A stretch of 64,000 bases of DNA from Mobula hypostoma (lineage: Eukaryota): contig NC_086097.1 of assembly GCF_963921235.1 (NCBI RefSeq), positions 59,150,001 through 59,214,000 of the forward strand, read 5' to 3'. The notes beneath the pieces were generated by a model. It was not told the origin of the DNA and made no database searches. It worked only from the letters and a program-made list of their open reading frames with translations. Made by a program: the position numbers and the translations under genes. Positions within the stretch are counted from its first letter, which is position 1. Each line of letters begins with the position of its first letter. Positions 1 through 12,143 of this stretch are shown piece after piece.

Positions 1-172
1 GCAAGAGGTATATTCAGAGGGACAGAGGGAGAAAAAGGAGAGTGAGAGAAAGAATGTGTGCATAAAAATGAGTAACAGATGGGGTACGAGGGGGAGGTGG
101 GGCCTTAGCGGAAGTTAGAGAAGTCGATGTTCATGCCATCAGGTTGGAGGCTACCCAGACGGAATATAAGGT

Positions 173-297
173 CTCTACTGTAAAGATGAAATGTCTATCC
201 ACGGCCTCCTCTACTGTAAAGATGAATGTCTATCCACGGCCTCCTCTACTGTAAAGATGAAATGTCTGTCCACGGCCTCCTCTACTGTAAAGATGAA
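173..297 (+). repeat. About 3.5 tandem copies of a 35-36 bp unit (ctctactgtaaagatgaaatgtctatccacggcctc)
   Basis: Units start at 173, 209, 244 and 280. The unit resembles Penelope coding sequence at 18542-18580. Confidence 0.95.
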
Positions 298-687
298 GCC
301 ACACTCAGGTTGGAGGAACAACACCTTATATTCCGTCTGGGTAGCCTCCAACCTGATGGCATGAACATCGACTTCTCTAACTTCCGCTAAGGCCCCACCT
401 CCCCCTCGTACCCCATCGGTTACTCATTTTTATGCACACATTGTTTCTCTCACTCTCCTTTTTCTCCCTCTGTCCCTCTGAATATACCTCTTGCCCATCC
501 TCTGGGTCACCCCCCCCCCCTTGTCTTTCTTCCCGGACCTCCTGTCCCATGATCCTCTCGTATCCCCTTTTGCCTATCACCTGTCCAGCTCTCGGCTCTA
601 TCCCTCTCCCTCCTGTCTTCTCCTATCATTTTGCATCTCCCCCTCCCCCTCCAGCTTTCAAATCCCTTACTCACTCTTCCTTCAGTT

Positions 688-723
688 AGTCCTGACGAAG
701 GGTCTCGGCCTGAAACGTCGACT
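688..723 (+). ncRNA. Minimal type I hammerhead ribozyme motif (Penelope-associated)
   Basis: agtc-CTGACGA(692-698)-agggtctcggcct (stem II)-GAAA(712-715)-CG-TC(718-719)-gact. agtc/gact form stem I and stem III is reduced to the palindrome ACGT. Confidence 0.8.
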
Positions 724-779
724 GCGCCTCTTCCTATAGATGCTGCTTGGCCTGCTGCGTTCACCAGCAACTTTGATGT

Positions 780-2130
780 ATGTTATTTTAATATGGGTGT
801 AGTGAAAGTGTTTATTGCCTTTGTTAAATTTTTACTGTTGAGCTCTGTTTGGCAGATTTTATGAAGCCTTGAAGTAAATTCTGTCGAAAGTTTTCCCATT
901 ATAGCAGTCTGATCTATTTTCTTTGCTCATTGATATAATGAATACTTAACACATTTCATATTCAGTTGTATTGTGTCTGGCTGCTCTGTTTTATATTCTA
1001 CTACCTTTATCGCACCTTTCTTTATGTTTAATGTTTGCACTTACCTAACCCAAAGTTCATGTTTATATCTTTATAATGTAGTTCAACTATTTGAATTAAT
1101 TGCTCTAGCTTTACTGATAAAGGAGCGTATAATTTCAAATTATCCCTGTATAGAAGGAGTGTTAAGGTATAGTTTGTTTAGGTGTCTCTGATTTGATACC
1201 CTACTTTAGTCCAGTTTAATACATTAGAGAGTGGGTTTAAAGCTAGACTAAACCATAGTGGGTTTAAAGAGTTGCCCTAAAAAATACCTCAGTTTATTTT
1301 GATAAGTGATTGTTCTTTTTTTGTTGTTAATAGATAGGGTGATTATATTACACTAATGCTTCATCAGATGTTTTAGGAATCTCACAAGTATTGCGTGTAG
1401 TTTATATGTATTAACAGCTTCCATTAACCATAAGTGTGGGACAGAGTCAAATGCTTTTAGGTAGTCAATATAACAACATGGAAACTTTCTGTTTTTCCAC
1501 TGGGCTTGATTTAGAACTACACAATCTATTATCAGTTGTTCTTTAGATGCTTTCATACCCTTATGGCATGTGTTCTGCTTTTCTGTAAGTATACTGTGGT
1601 TATCTAAGTGAGTAGTGATTAGCTGTGAGATGCATGATGTTACAATTTTATACATAAGCTGTAAACAAGTAATAGAATGGTATTTTAATGGGACATTTGT
1701 GATTTCCCCTTTAGGTAAGAGATATGTTTTACCTTCTGTCAAAGTTTTGGGCATAGCCAAGCACACTGATTTCTCAATTGCTAGAAACTTTCAGACTGTT
1801 TTAGAGGTGTTTCGTATTGTGGCTTTCTGGAGATTTACATAAATATTGCTGCATAAGTCTAATTATTTAATGCTATTGTGTAGTGACTTTGGGATGATAC
1901 CAGTTGTAGATATTACTTCTGGGACAAAGTATTTTCTTGTTCGTGTTCCATAGTCCTTCTATTTTCTCTTTTAGTTCAGCATATTTTTGGTGTTTTTCAC
2001 TTTTGATTTCTGTGTATTATGTGTGTTTAGAAAGGCTATATCTACGTATTACATAAGATATTCTTGCTTGTTTATACTGTGATGTTATATCTGGATAGTT
2101 ATTATGCATTTTCCTACCTGTAGTAATGGT
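780..2130 (-). mobile_element. Degenerate R4/Dong-like (RLE-clade) non-LTR retrotransposon: RT fragment ~780-1745 and RLE endonuclease C-terminal fragment ~1780-2130
   Basis: Minus-strand translations: GKTYLLPK..ITCLQLMYKIVTS..KEQLIID..YIDYLKAFDSVPH; GNSLNPLWFSLALNPLS; LLLYRDNLKLYA (decayed YMDD); NNYPDI..DIAFLNTHN..EKHQKYAELKEKIEGLW..VISTTGIIPKSLH..LQKATI. A TAA-rich tract is adjacent at 2131-2153. Confidence 0.8.
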
Positions 2131-2154
2131 TTACTATTATCATCATTATTATCA

Positions 2155-2330
2155 GTTTTTTTTGTACTGCCTGCTTTTGCACATTGGTTGTTTGTCAGTC
2201 TTTGTGTGTAGTTTTTAATTGATTCTATTGTATTTCAGTGTTCTACTGTGAATACCTGCAAGTAAATAAATCTTAGGGTAGTGTAAGGTGACATATAAGT
2301 ACTTTGATAAAAAATTACTTTGAATTTAGA
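2155..2330 (+). mobile_element. Rex1/Babar-like LINE 3' UTR fragment
   Basis: Similar to 59860-60015 and to the reverse complement of ~19110-19270; ends gtactttgataa..actttgaa. Confidence 0.65.
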
Positions 2331-3288
2331 TTTATACAAAAGGCTTTTTAAACACTACAATTGTACCCACTGCTCCCACATCTTCTGGGAGCTCATTCCA
2401 TGTACCCAGCATCCTCTGTTCTTTTAAAAGAATAGGCTGTGGTTTGAAGAAGCTGCAAGGAACAGTTCTATTTAATCTGAGGGGAACATTTGCATTATCT
2501 ACATTTCTCCAAAGAATTTCAACATTCTGACTGCAAGTTTTAGTCGAGTATGAACTTTTTATTGTGCAGGCAAACCCTGACTACTTCTCCATCAAAATAA
2601 TCCTTTTGTGGAGAATGGCTGACCTTAGCTAGCAAGTTTAGAAATCATGCTTTGTCCATGAGTTATGAAATGTTGCAGCTCAGATGCAGAACAACGCTGG
2701 AAATCTGTACTAAGCCACAGGCAAAGTTCAGAAAACCCCTTGCCGGTCACCAGACCATGTTATCCTGACTGAGTGAGTCATAAATTTGACTTCAAACTAA
2801 TTTTCTAGCTCCTCCCCTCATGTTCACCGTCTAGTGGTCAAATTGACTCCATCTCCACAGATCTTTTTAAATAAAGAAACTTGACTTGGTAATGACCCCT
2901 GCTGAGTTCAAATGAATAAGTTGCTACAGTAGTAATAGGCAAGAATGATAATCACAATTTGAAATGTTTCATTGTTTGCAACACACTCAGACACTCTGTT
3001 TAAAATGTCAGCAACACCTACTAGTCCTGCTATCCTGTGGATGTATCCCACTGAGATTACAAATAGCTCAGTGCTAATACAGTACATCATTCTGGATGGA
3101 ATATGATGATAGTTTGCCAACAATCTTCAATCATAGCAAAATGGCTGCAGGCCTTATTTCAAATCAGATTTTTGCAATTTATAAAGACTTAATTAGATCA
3201 CTTCTTGAATAGTGAAAAAAACAGCAGAAGTACTTTTATTCATATGTAGTTCTTGTCCAGTAAATTGCAAAAATTGTCAATCTATTTA

Positions 3289-3600
3289 CATTCAATGGGC
3301 ACTTGATTAGATACCCCTGACAATCTGCTTGTTAATGCAAATATCTAATCAGCCAATCATGTGGCAGCAACTCAATGCATTAAAGCATGTTGATATGGTC
3401 AAGAGGCTCAGTTGTTGATCAGACCAAAGATCAGAATGGGAAAGAAACATGATCTAAGTGACTTTGACTGTGGAATGATTGTTGGTGCCAGACAGGATGG
3501 GTTGAGTCTCTCAGAAATTGCTGATTTCCTGGGATTTATATGCACAACAGTCTCTAGAGTTTATAGAAAATTATGCGATGAGCAATAAACTCCCAGTGAG
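3289..3600 (+). mobile_element. Tc1/mariner remnant (5' end and HTH)
   Basis: Translates as MGKKHDLSDFDCGMIVGARQDGLSLSEIADFLGFICTTVSRVYRK. Homologous to 44791-45341. Confidence 0.8.
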
Positions 3601-3853
3601 TGATTATAATTTGTATTACATTCTTAGTTGAACTTAGACTTTTTAATTAAAAAACACTTTAAACTGAACTTTAGTTTAATTATTTGCACTTTCCTTTCAG
3701 TAGATTTACTTAATTATCATTTGCTTTAGCTGAAAGTTTACAAGGCAAATAAACTACCCTTTAATAGCATTAAGGATCATCTTGCTTGTAAAAGGCTAAA
3801 AGATTAAAATGAATTGTGAGATTTACGGAACAACGTTATTTGGTTTTCCAATA

Positions 3854-5128
3854 CAGGTTTCCCCTGCCATCCGATGGTAGAGCGTTCCTATGAAACGGTT
3901 CGTAAGTCGAAATGTCGTAAAGTGAAGAAGCAATTACCATTTATTCTTATGGGAAAATTTTGTGAGCGTTCGCAGACCCAAAAATAACCTACCAAATTAT
4001 GCAAATAACACATAAAACCTAAAATAACAGTAACATATAGTAATAACAGGAATGATATGATAAATACACAGCCTATATAAAGTAGAAATACTTCTCTACA
4101 ATGATTGCCTGCACAGATCTCCGTAGCGAAAATCTCACGCAAGCGCTGTTGGCATAAAAACGCGCTCTCCAGTAACCTTTAAACTATGAAGCTGCCAAAT
4201 CTACCAAATAACACATAAAAATACACAGCCTATACAAAGTAGAAATAATGTAGGTACATTACCGGAATCAGGAAAACAGCTTGCTGAGCACACCGATGAT
4301 GGTGTGTTAGACTGAGCCGTCGCAGATTGGGGTGGTGCAGTGGCCCCCACCCTCCAGGCCGCCGACTGATACATTGCCGCGAAGAATGCAGCGGTAGCTA
4401 GGAGGCACACAGCAGATATTTAAGAAAAAGCCAAAATAAGCATGCTAATTAATTAGGTGCCGCCAACACGTAATTGTCGGCCCAGATCAGTGCCGATTGC
4501 TGATTGCATCGCCTCTGATCTGGGCTGACAATTACGTGTCGGCAGCACCTAATTAATTAGCATGTTTATGTCGGCTATTTTCTTAAAGATGTGCTGTGTG
4601 CCTCCCGGCTACCGCTGCATTCTCCGTGAATCGGTACAGTATCTGTCGGGGGCCCGGGGGTGTCATCTCATCCATTGCTTCACTTTTGCTACTGCATTCG
4701 GTTTGAATTGTTGTCCTTTCCTCTTCCAATTGCATCAGCTCTTCATCTATCAGTTATTGGTCATGGGATGCCAAAACCTCTTCAACATCATCTTCGTCAG
4801 CTTTCACAAGCCAAATTCACTTTGTCTTTACTTCATTGACCACAATCAAAATGCTTAATTATGTCTAGTTTTATGCTAAGTGTAACACACTTACAAGCTC
4901 TTTCAGGCTTTTCCGACACCTTAGAACTCATCTTGCTAACGGCTGCTCAATGCAATGTGTTTAGGGGGGGAAGAGCGGCTGCTCGGGGTGCGTGCTGCCT
5001 TTTATCGCGTGCTGCCTTTCTTTGTAACAGTGAAGACACCTTCTGAAAGTGAAAACAGGGTACTAATGTAGATCTTTCGTAACAGTGAGGTTTCGTAAAG
5101 CGAACGTTTGAAAAGTGGGGGACACCTG
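3854..5128 (-). mobile_element. Internally deleted Tigger/pogo-type DNA transposon
   Basis: Termini TA-caggtttcccc ... gggggacacctg with subterminal tcgtaaag motifs. Minus strand from 4931 reads MSSKVSEKPERACKCVTLSIKLDIIKHFDCG, joined to EDDVEEVLASHDQ*LIDEELMQLEEE (Tigger N- and C-terminal-like segments). Confidence 0.75.
4383..4623. repeat. Imperfect foldback, ~108-bp arms and 24-nt loop, inside the Tigger
   Basis: 4383-4490 is the reverse complement of 4515-4623 (e.g. catgctaattaattaggtgc / gcacctaattaattagcatg). Confidence 0.95.
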
Positions 5129-5399
5129 TTCAATGCCACATAGCTTGGTTTCAGAATGACATTCCCCATTTAATGACTTCATGCTGTTAAGGCTGCCAGT
5201 GTTTGTAGGTGTGACCCTGAACTTTGCTCTGGAAGGATTCATACCACAACACAAGAAGCAAACATCCAGTTGGGGAGTGCTGGATTGGAGAATGGTCTTG
5301 TGGATCAGGGAGGCTCATGAGAATAGAGGCAGGCTATTGAAGAACAGTTCACATAGGAGGCATATCCCTTGTGCATGATGGCACCATTGGCAGGGAAAC

Positions 5400-5612
5400 A
5401 AACACACACAATGCTGGAGGAACTCAGCGGATCAGGCAGCATCTACGGAAAAGATTAAACAGTCAACATTTTGGACTCCTGAAGAAGGGTCTCAGCCAGA
5501 AACATTGATTGTTTACTCTTTTTGATAGATGCAGGCTAACCTGCTGAGCTCTTCCAGCGTTCTGTGTGAGCTGTTTTGGATTTCCAGTGTCTGCAGACTT
5601 TCTCGTGTCTGT
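5400..5612. mobile_element. Short palindromic Penelope-derived element with central hammerhead-like motif
   Basis: Arms ~5403-5474 and ~5496-5568 are imperfect inverted repeats (atgctggaggaactcagc / gctgagctcttccagcgt). CTGAAGA at 5479-5485, GAAA at 5499-5502. The tail matches 19000-19077. Confidence 0.75.
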
Positions 5613-8328
5613 GATTAACTGATGGCAAGGAGCTGCCAAGGAGGTTATAAGGATGTCAGATGCACTGTGTGAATTCCTGCAAGGCAGGAATTGTTTTTCT
5701 TTTGTTCTGGACTGAAGGTAGATGAGATCTTTTCTCCTGCATTAAGTAGTTGAAGTGGTTTTCCTAATGAAGTCATGAAAACAGTGAGATTTGGCAGAGA
5801 GCAGCAATGGTTGCCTGAAAAACTCCTGTAGCTAGGAAACTGAGAACCAATGTAACTCTGCCATTGTTCACAAACTTGCTCAAGTGTTTATGTAGCTGCA
5901 TTTGAGTTGGTAGGAGGTCAGAGATGTCAGTGAATACAAGCAATGGCCCATCAAATGCACCATTTCCAGGGAAATTAGATTAGTAATGTTTAAACAAAAC
6001 ATAACATAACACAGAAAGACTCCGCCATTATATCTTGCAGACTATGTGAATAAAGTTCTCACCTTTATCTAACTTCCACAAATGGTGTTAGAGTGGCCCA
6101 CAATGTCATTAAAAGGCAGTGATGCAATTTCTAGGCAACAGACAACAAGTTTACTACATAATAAACATGTTCTGAACAGTTCAGTTTGAGCTTAAAGTTG
6201 ACACATGCATAATTTTAGCAACATGTAGCAACTATTTATTTAAAAGCCCCAAAATATCCTCATTTATCATTAGTCCAAAGAATTTGGCAATGTCCCTTTC
6301 ATGCCTAATTCTTGGGATAGCTTTCTCTCACTAATAACAAAGTCTTCCTTTATGTGTTTCCCCCTGCGTAGGATAGAGTAAAAGAACTGTCAAACAGAAC
6401 CTGACTTGGGAAAGTGACAGAATTTGTGTACACCTAATGTGTTACCAAACATTTCTGTTTGCCAGTTGCCATATGTGCTTGCGACTCTAGATTTTTTTCT
6501 TGTGAATAGGCCATTGACATAACTGAATTGGTACAGATGAATCTAAATTTCTATAACACCTACCTGTAAGTTCTTAATTGAAATATGTTATTTGATATAT
6601 CAGAACTAATTAATATTAAACTGGTTAAGGTGTGGAAAGCCAAATGGTTTATTAGATTTGACCCTCATCTTAACAGTGAACTGCACCATCTTCAAATAAC
6701 TTCTAAGAAATAAGGCTTTAAATTATTTTCATCCTATTGAGCTCTTTGCAGAGAATAGTTATAGTTTTACCCAATACACCTGTAAAATGACAAGCCAAAG
6801 CCAGTCTCCATTGCATGACTCTCCTTTACTCTAGGAAGGCTAGCAAATGCTAACACTCACAAAAAGCAATTCAAATCAGTATTGATGATTTAAATTGCAT
6901 GCACTTACATCAGGTATGACTATTGGAGATAAAATTGAGAAATACTTCTCAAGCTCAAAAACTAAATCACAAAATTAATGTTTATGCCAGAGTCCATACT
7001 CTATTCAGCAAGTCATGCTATTATTCAATTAATGTGAATTGAAACCAATAAAAATGTCAATATTATCTGTTCAATAGACAGATTCATTCCTTGGTTCAGT
7101 CCTTTCCTTTTTTTAATATTGTGAGTTTGCGAGACAAAATGATTTAAGCTTCTTGCAGTTGTATCAGATGTCTAAAAATCTAATCCAATAACTTAAGTAC
7201 AGAAAGAAGCCATTTTGACATACTAACCATTTGATATCTTGGTTGGACATGATAAATTACTTGCATCAATCATTGCTTCCATTTTGAAACTAAATTTTCA
7301 TTGCAGATCAATTGATTTCTCGGCAGCAAACCAATGGATCTTTAACATGTTAATTAATTATAATAGTTCATTTAAGCAGACAAGTAGATGGAAAAGATTC
7401 TTGTTACTGGCATTTGTATCATTCAAAGCATAATGATGGGTTTTCATTTCACTTTGAGACCATTACCCAATACAGGAATTGTTGACCTTCAGGAAGTACA
7501 GAAAAACTATTTGTGGCATTTGCTGCCTCTTTTTACTGATTCAGAATATCAAGAGGCTGTGAATACTTGAGCTGAGAAATTTGGAAAGAATGTGCAGAAG
7601 TGCAAATATGCTAAGAATTAGCTGTAGACTAGAATAACCAGAAATGCGCATTTCTTCCACACACTAATCCCTCTCTGTTTAAATGAATGAAGCCAATGTA
7701 CCTGTCACATGTCTGATCTGTCCCAGATATTGTGGGCATAGTTCTCAGATCAAGAATGATGAATTGCAGATTCACCCATCAAGAGTTGAGTGATAGAAGG
7801 TGATCAGCAAAATTTCTGAGAACATATATCAGGAGGTTTGAGGATTCTTTTGTTTGCACAAGAATCTTGGGCATTCAAATACTTATGTGTGGAACTGTTG
7901 GGACTTCTTAGGAAAATCTAGCCAACTCTTAAAGTTTAATTTTTACCAAGCTGCCTGGCCAATCCGCACCACCCCCCCAACCCTGCTCAATCTATGGTAA
8001 AATCTGAAGATCCTATGTTGGTCTCATTAATCACGTCAGAATCCATAGTATTAGAGTGAACTCAAGTTATCTTCAGTCTCAAAAGAGGACCCAAGAAGAA
8101 GATGAAGTCTACTTTTATCAAAGAAGCTCACAGATTACTTGACATCCATGCCAACAGACAGATCCATGCCTTCACATCAATGCTGTATATATGATATTAT
8201 AAAACTGTGATCGATGTTATTTCACTCTAAATTGATTTAAGATACTTGTGGGGTTCCTCCCTGAGATGAACGTTGCTAATAAATTGTTAGAACATATGAT
8301 GCTGGAAAATTGTTGCTCTGTATATTGA

Positions 8329-11300
8329 TATAGAAACATAGAAAACCTACAGCACAATATTTGCCCTTCAGCCCACGATGATGTGCCGTACATGTACTTA
8401 CTTTAGAAATTACCTAGGGTTACCCATAGCCCTCTAACTTTCTAAGCTCCATGTACCTATCCAGGAGTCTCCTAAAAGACCCTATAGTATCTGCCTCCAC
8501 CACCATCGCCAGCAGCCCATTCGATGCACTCACCACTCTCTGTGTAAAAAACTTACCCTGACATCTCCTTTGTACCTACTTCCAAGCACCTTAAAACTGT
8601 GCCCTCCCATGTTAGCCATTTCAGCCCTGGGAAAAAGTCTCTGTCTATCCACATGATCAGTGCCTCTCATTATCTTATACACCTCTATCAGGTCACCTCT
8701 CATCCTCCGTAACTCCAAGGAGAAAGGCCGAGTTCACTCAACCTATTCTCATAAGGCATGCTCCCCAATCTAAGCAACATCCTTGTAAATCTCCTCTGCA
8801 CTCTTTCTATGGTTTCCATATCCTTCCTGTAGTGAGGCGACCAGAACTGAGCACAGTACTCCAAGTGGGGTCGACCAGGGTCCTATATAGCTGCAACATT
8901 ACCTCTCGGCTTCTAAACTCAATCCTACGATTGATGAAGGCCAATGCACCGTATACCTTCTTAACCACAGAGTCAACCAGGCTTTGAGTGTCCTATCAAC
9001 TCAGAACCCAAGATCTCTCTGATCCTCCACACTGCCAAGAGTCTTACCATTATTATTATATTCTGCCATCATTTATGACCTACCAAAATGAACCACCTCA
9101 CACTTATCTGGGTTGAACCCCATCTGTCACTTCTTAGCCCAGTTTTGTATCCTGTCAATGTCCTGTTGTAACCTCTGACAGCCCTCCACACTATCCACAA
9201 CACCCCCAACCTTTCTGTCATCAGCAAATTTACCAACCCATTCCTCCACTTCCTCATCCAGGTCATTTATAAAAATCACAAAGAGAAGGGGTCCCAGAAC
9301 AGATCCCTGAGGCACACCACTGGTCACAAACCTCCATGCAGAATATGACCCATCTACAACCATTCTTTGCCTTCTGTGGGCAAGCCAATTCTGGATCCAC
9401 AAAGCAATGTCCCCTTGGAGCCCATGCCTCCTTACTTTCTCAATAAGCCTTGCATGGGGTGCCTTATTAAATGCTTTGTTAAAATCCATATACACTACAT
9501 ATACTGCTCTACCTTCATCAATGTGTTTAGCCACATCCTTAACAAATTAAATCAGGCTTGTAAGGGACGACCTGTCTTTGACAAAGCCATACTGACTATT
9601 CCTCATCATATTATGCCTCTCCAAATGTTCATAAATCGTGCCTCTCAGGATCTTTTCCATCAACTTACCAACCACTGAAGCAAGACTCACCGGTCTATAA
9701 TTTCCTGGGCTATCTCTACTCACTTTCTTGAATAAGGGAACAACATCTGCAACATTCCAGTCCTCCGGAACCTCTCCTGTCCCCATTTATGATGTAAAGA
9801 TCATTGCAAGAGGCTCAGCAATCTCCTCCGTCGCCTGCCACAGTAGCCTGGGGTGCATCTCATCCAATCCCAGAGTCTTATCCAACTTGATGCTTTCCAA
9901 AAGCTCCAGTACATCCTGTTTCTTAATGTCTATATGCTTAAGCTTTTCAATCCACTGGAAGTCATTCTTACCATTGCCAAGATCTTTTTCCGTAGTGAAT
10001 ACTGTAGAAAAGTATTCATTAAGTACCTTTGCTATTTTCTCTAGTTTCATACACCCTTTTCCACTGTCACACTTGTTTAGTCCTATTCTCTCACGTATTA
10101 TCCTCTTGCTCTTCACTTACTTGTAGAATGCCTTGGGGTTTTCCTTAATCCTGCTTGCCAAGGCCTTCTCATGGCCCCTTCTGGCTCTCCTAATTTCATT
10201 CTTAAGCTCCTTCCTGCTAACCTTATAATCTTCTAGATCTCTATCATTACCTAGATTTTTGACCATTTCATAAGCTTTTCTTCTCTTCTTGACTAGATTT
10301 ACAACAGCCTTTGTACACCATGGTTCCTGTACCCTACCATTCTTTCCCTGTCTCATTGGAACCTACCTATGCAGAACACCACACAAATATCTCCTGAACA
10401 CTTGCCACATTTCTGCCATGCATTTCCCTGAGAACTTTTCTTCCCAATTTTATGCTTTCAAGTTCCTGCTTAATAGTTTCATATTTTCCCTCAATCCAAT
10501 TAAACGTTTTCCTAACTTATCTGTTCCTATTGCTCTCCAATGCTATGGTAAAGGAGATAGAATTGTGATCGCTATCTCCAAAATGCTCTCCCAGTGAGAG
10601 ATCTGACACCTGACCAGGTTCATTTCCCAATACCAGATCAAGTACAGCCTTTCTACTTGTAGGCTTATCTCCATATTGTGTCAGGAAACCTTCCTGAACA
10701 CACCCAACAAACTCCACCCCATCTAAACCCCTTGCTCTAGGGATATGCCAATCCATATTTGGGAAATTATAATCTCCCACCACGACAACCTTGTTATTAT
10801 TATACCTTTCCAGAATCTGTCTCCCTATCTGCTCCTTGATGTCCCTGTTACTATTGGGTGGTCTAGAGAAAACACCCAGTAGAGTTATTGACCCCTTCCT
10901 GTTTCTAACTTCTATACACAGAGACTCCGCAGATGATCCCTCCATGACGTCCTCCTTTTCTGCAGCTGTGACACTATCTCTGATCAGCAGTGCCACATCC
11001 CCACCTCTGTTCCCTCCCTCCCTGTCCTTTCTGAAACATCTAAAGCCTGGCACTGTAAGTAACCATTCCTGCCCCTGAGCCATCCAAGTCTCTGTAATGG
11101 ACACAACATCATGGCTCCAAGTACTGATCCACACTCTAAGCTCATCCGCTTTGTTCAGGATTCTTCTTGTATTAAAATAGATACATCTCAAACTATCAGT
11201 CTGAGTGCATCCCTTCTCTATCACCTGCCTACCCTCCCTCTTGCACTGTCTCCAAGCCTTCTCTATTTGTGAGCCAACAGACCCTTCCTTCTTTTCTTCA

Positions 11301-11991
11301 GTTTGGTTCCCACCTCCAGCAATTCTAGTTTAAACTTTCCCCAATAGCCTTCTTCCTTTCCCTACCCTTCTGAGCCACAGGGCCAGATTCTGTGCCAGAG
11401 GTGCGGCCACTGTTGCTTCCCCCAGGTAGGCCATCTCCCCCAGTGGTACTCAAACAGGAGTACTTATTGTTGAGGGGTCAGCCACAGGGGTACTCTCTAG
11501 TATCTGACTTCTTTCCCTTCCCTCTCCTGACTGTTACCCACTTATCTGTCCCTTAAGGCCCCAGTGTGACTACCTGCCTATAGTTCCTCTCTATCAACTC
11601 CTCACTCTCCCTGACCAGACGAAGGTCATCGAACTGCATCTCCAGTTCCCTAATGTGGTCCCTAAGGAGCTGCAGCTCCACGCACCTGGTGGAGATGTGA
11701 CCTTCTGGGAGGCTGGGAGTCTCCCGGACTTCCCACATCTGACACCTAGTACAGAACACCAGCCTCACAGACATACTTCCTGCTTCTATTCTTCACAATT
11801 AACTTACCTCGCCTCGACCTGCTATCGCCGAAGCCCCATTGAGCCAAAGCTTTCCTACTCCATCTACCTCTGCTCCATTGCCCGCTCCTCCCACGCCCAC
11901 TCTATAAAGCTGTCTCCATTTTAATCTCTTCCAGCCGGTCTAACTCACTGATGTCCACGCGCTTGCGTAGTCGTCCCTTGATCCAACCTCC
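8329..11991 (-). mobile_element. Near full-length CR1 LINE (ORF1 zinc finger/coiled coil; ORF2 APE + RT, disrupted)
   Basis: ORF1 CTRCQMW..ELQLLRDHIRELE (11553-11774). APE CIYFNTR, ITETW, GDYNFP, LDLVL, SDH (10517-11224). RT NYRPVSL, YMDFNKAF, GVPQGSVLGP, KFADD. Tail tagaaacatagaaaa at 8331. Confidence 0.95.
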
Positions 11992-12143
11992 ATTTTTTAA
12001 TTCATAAGACCTAAATATTTTCCGAGAATAATATTTGCACGTACAAAATGTTCCAGTCAGCACAGTAATGCAAACCGAAACATTTCATTCATTTGTTTAC
12101 ATTTAAATCAAATTTATTATAATGCAGACGATGATGCAGGTTT

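Larger units (their letters stand above)
1..778. mobile_element. Penelope-like element end with inverted pseudo-LTR arrangement (continues left of window)
   Basis: 1-172 is the reverse complement of 323-494 with about 2 mismatches. 298-390 matches the 3' end of the GIY-YIG coding region seen at 18580-18673 and 63365-63455. A pyrimidine-rich tract and a hammerhead motif follow. Confidence 0.85.

Noticed and set aside
173..297. CRISPR-like 36-bp repeats
   Set aside because: The units are contiguous with no spacers, derive from Penelope sequence and lie in a eukaryotic context.
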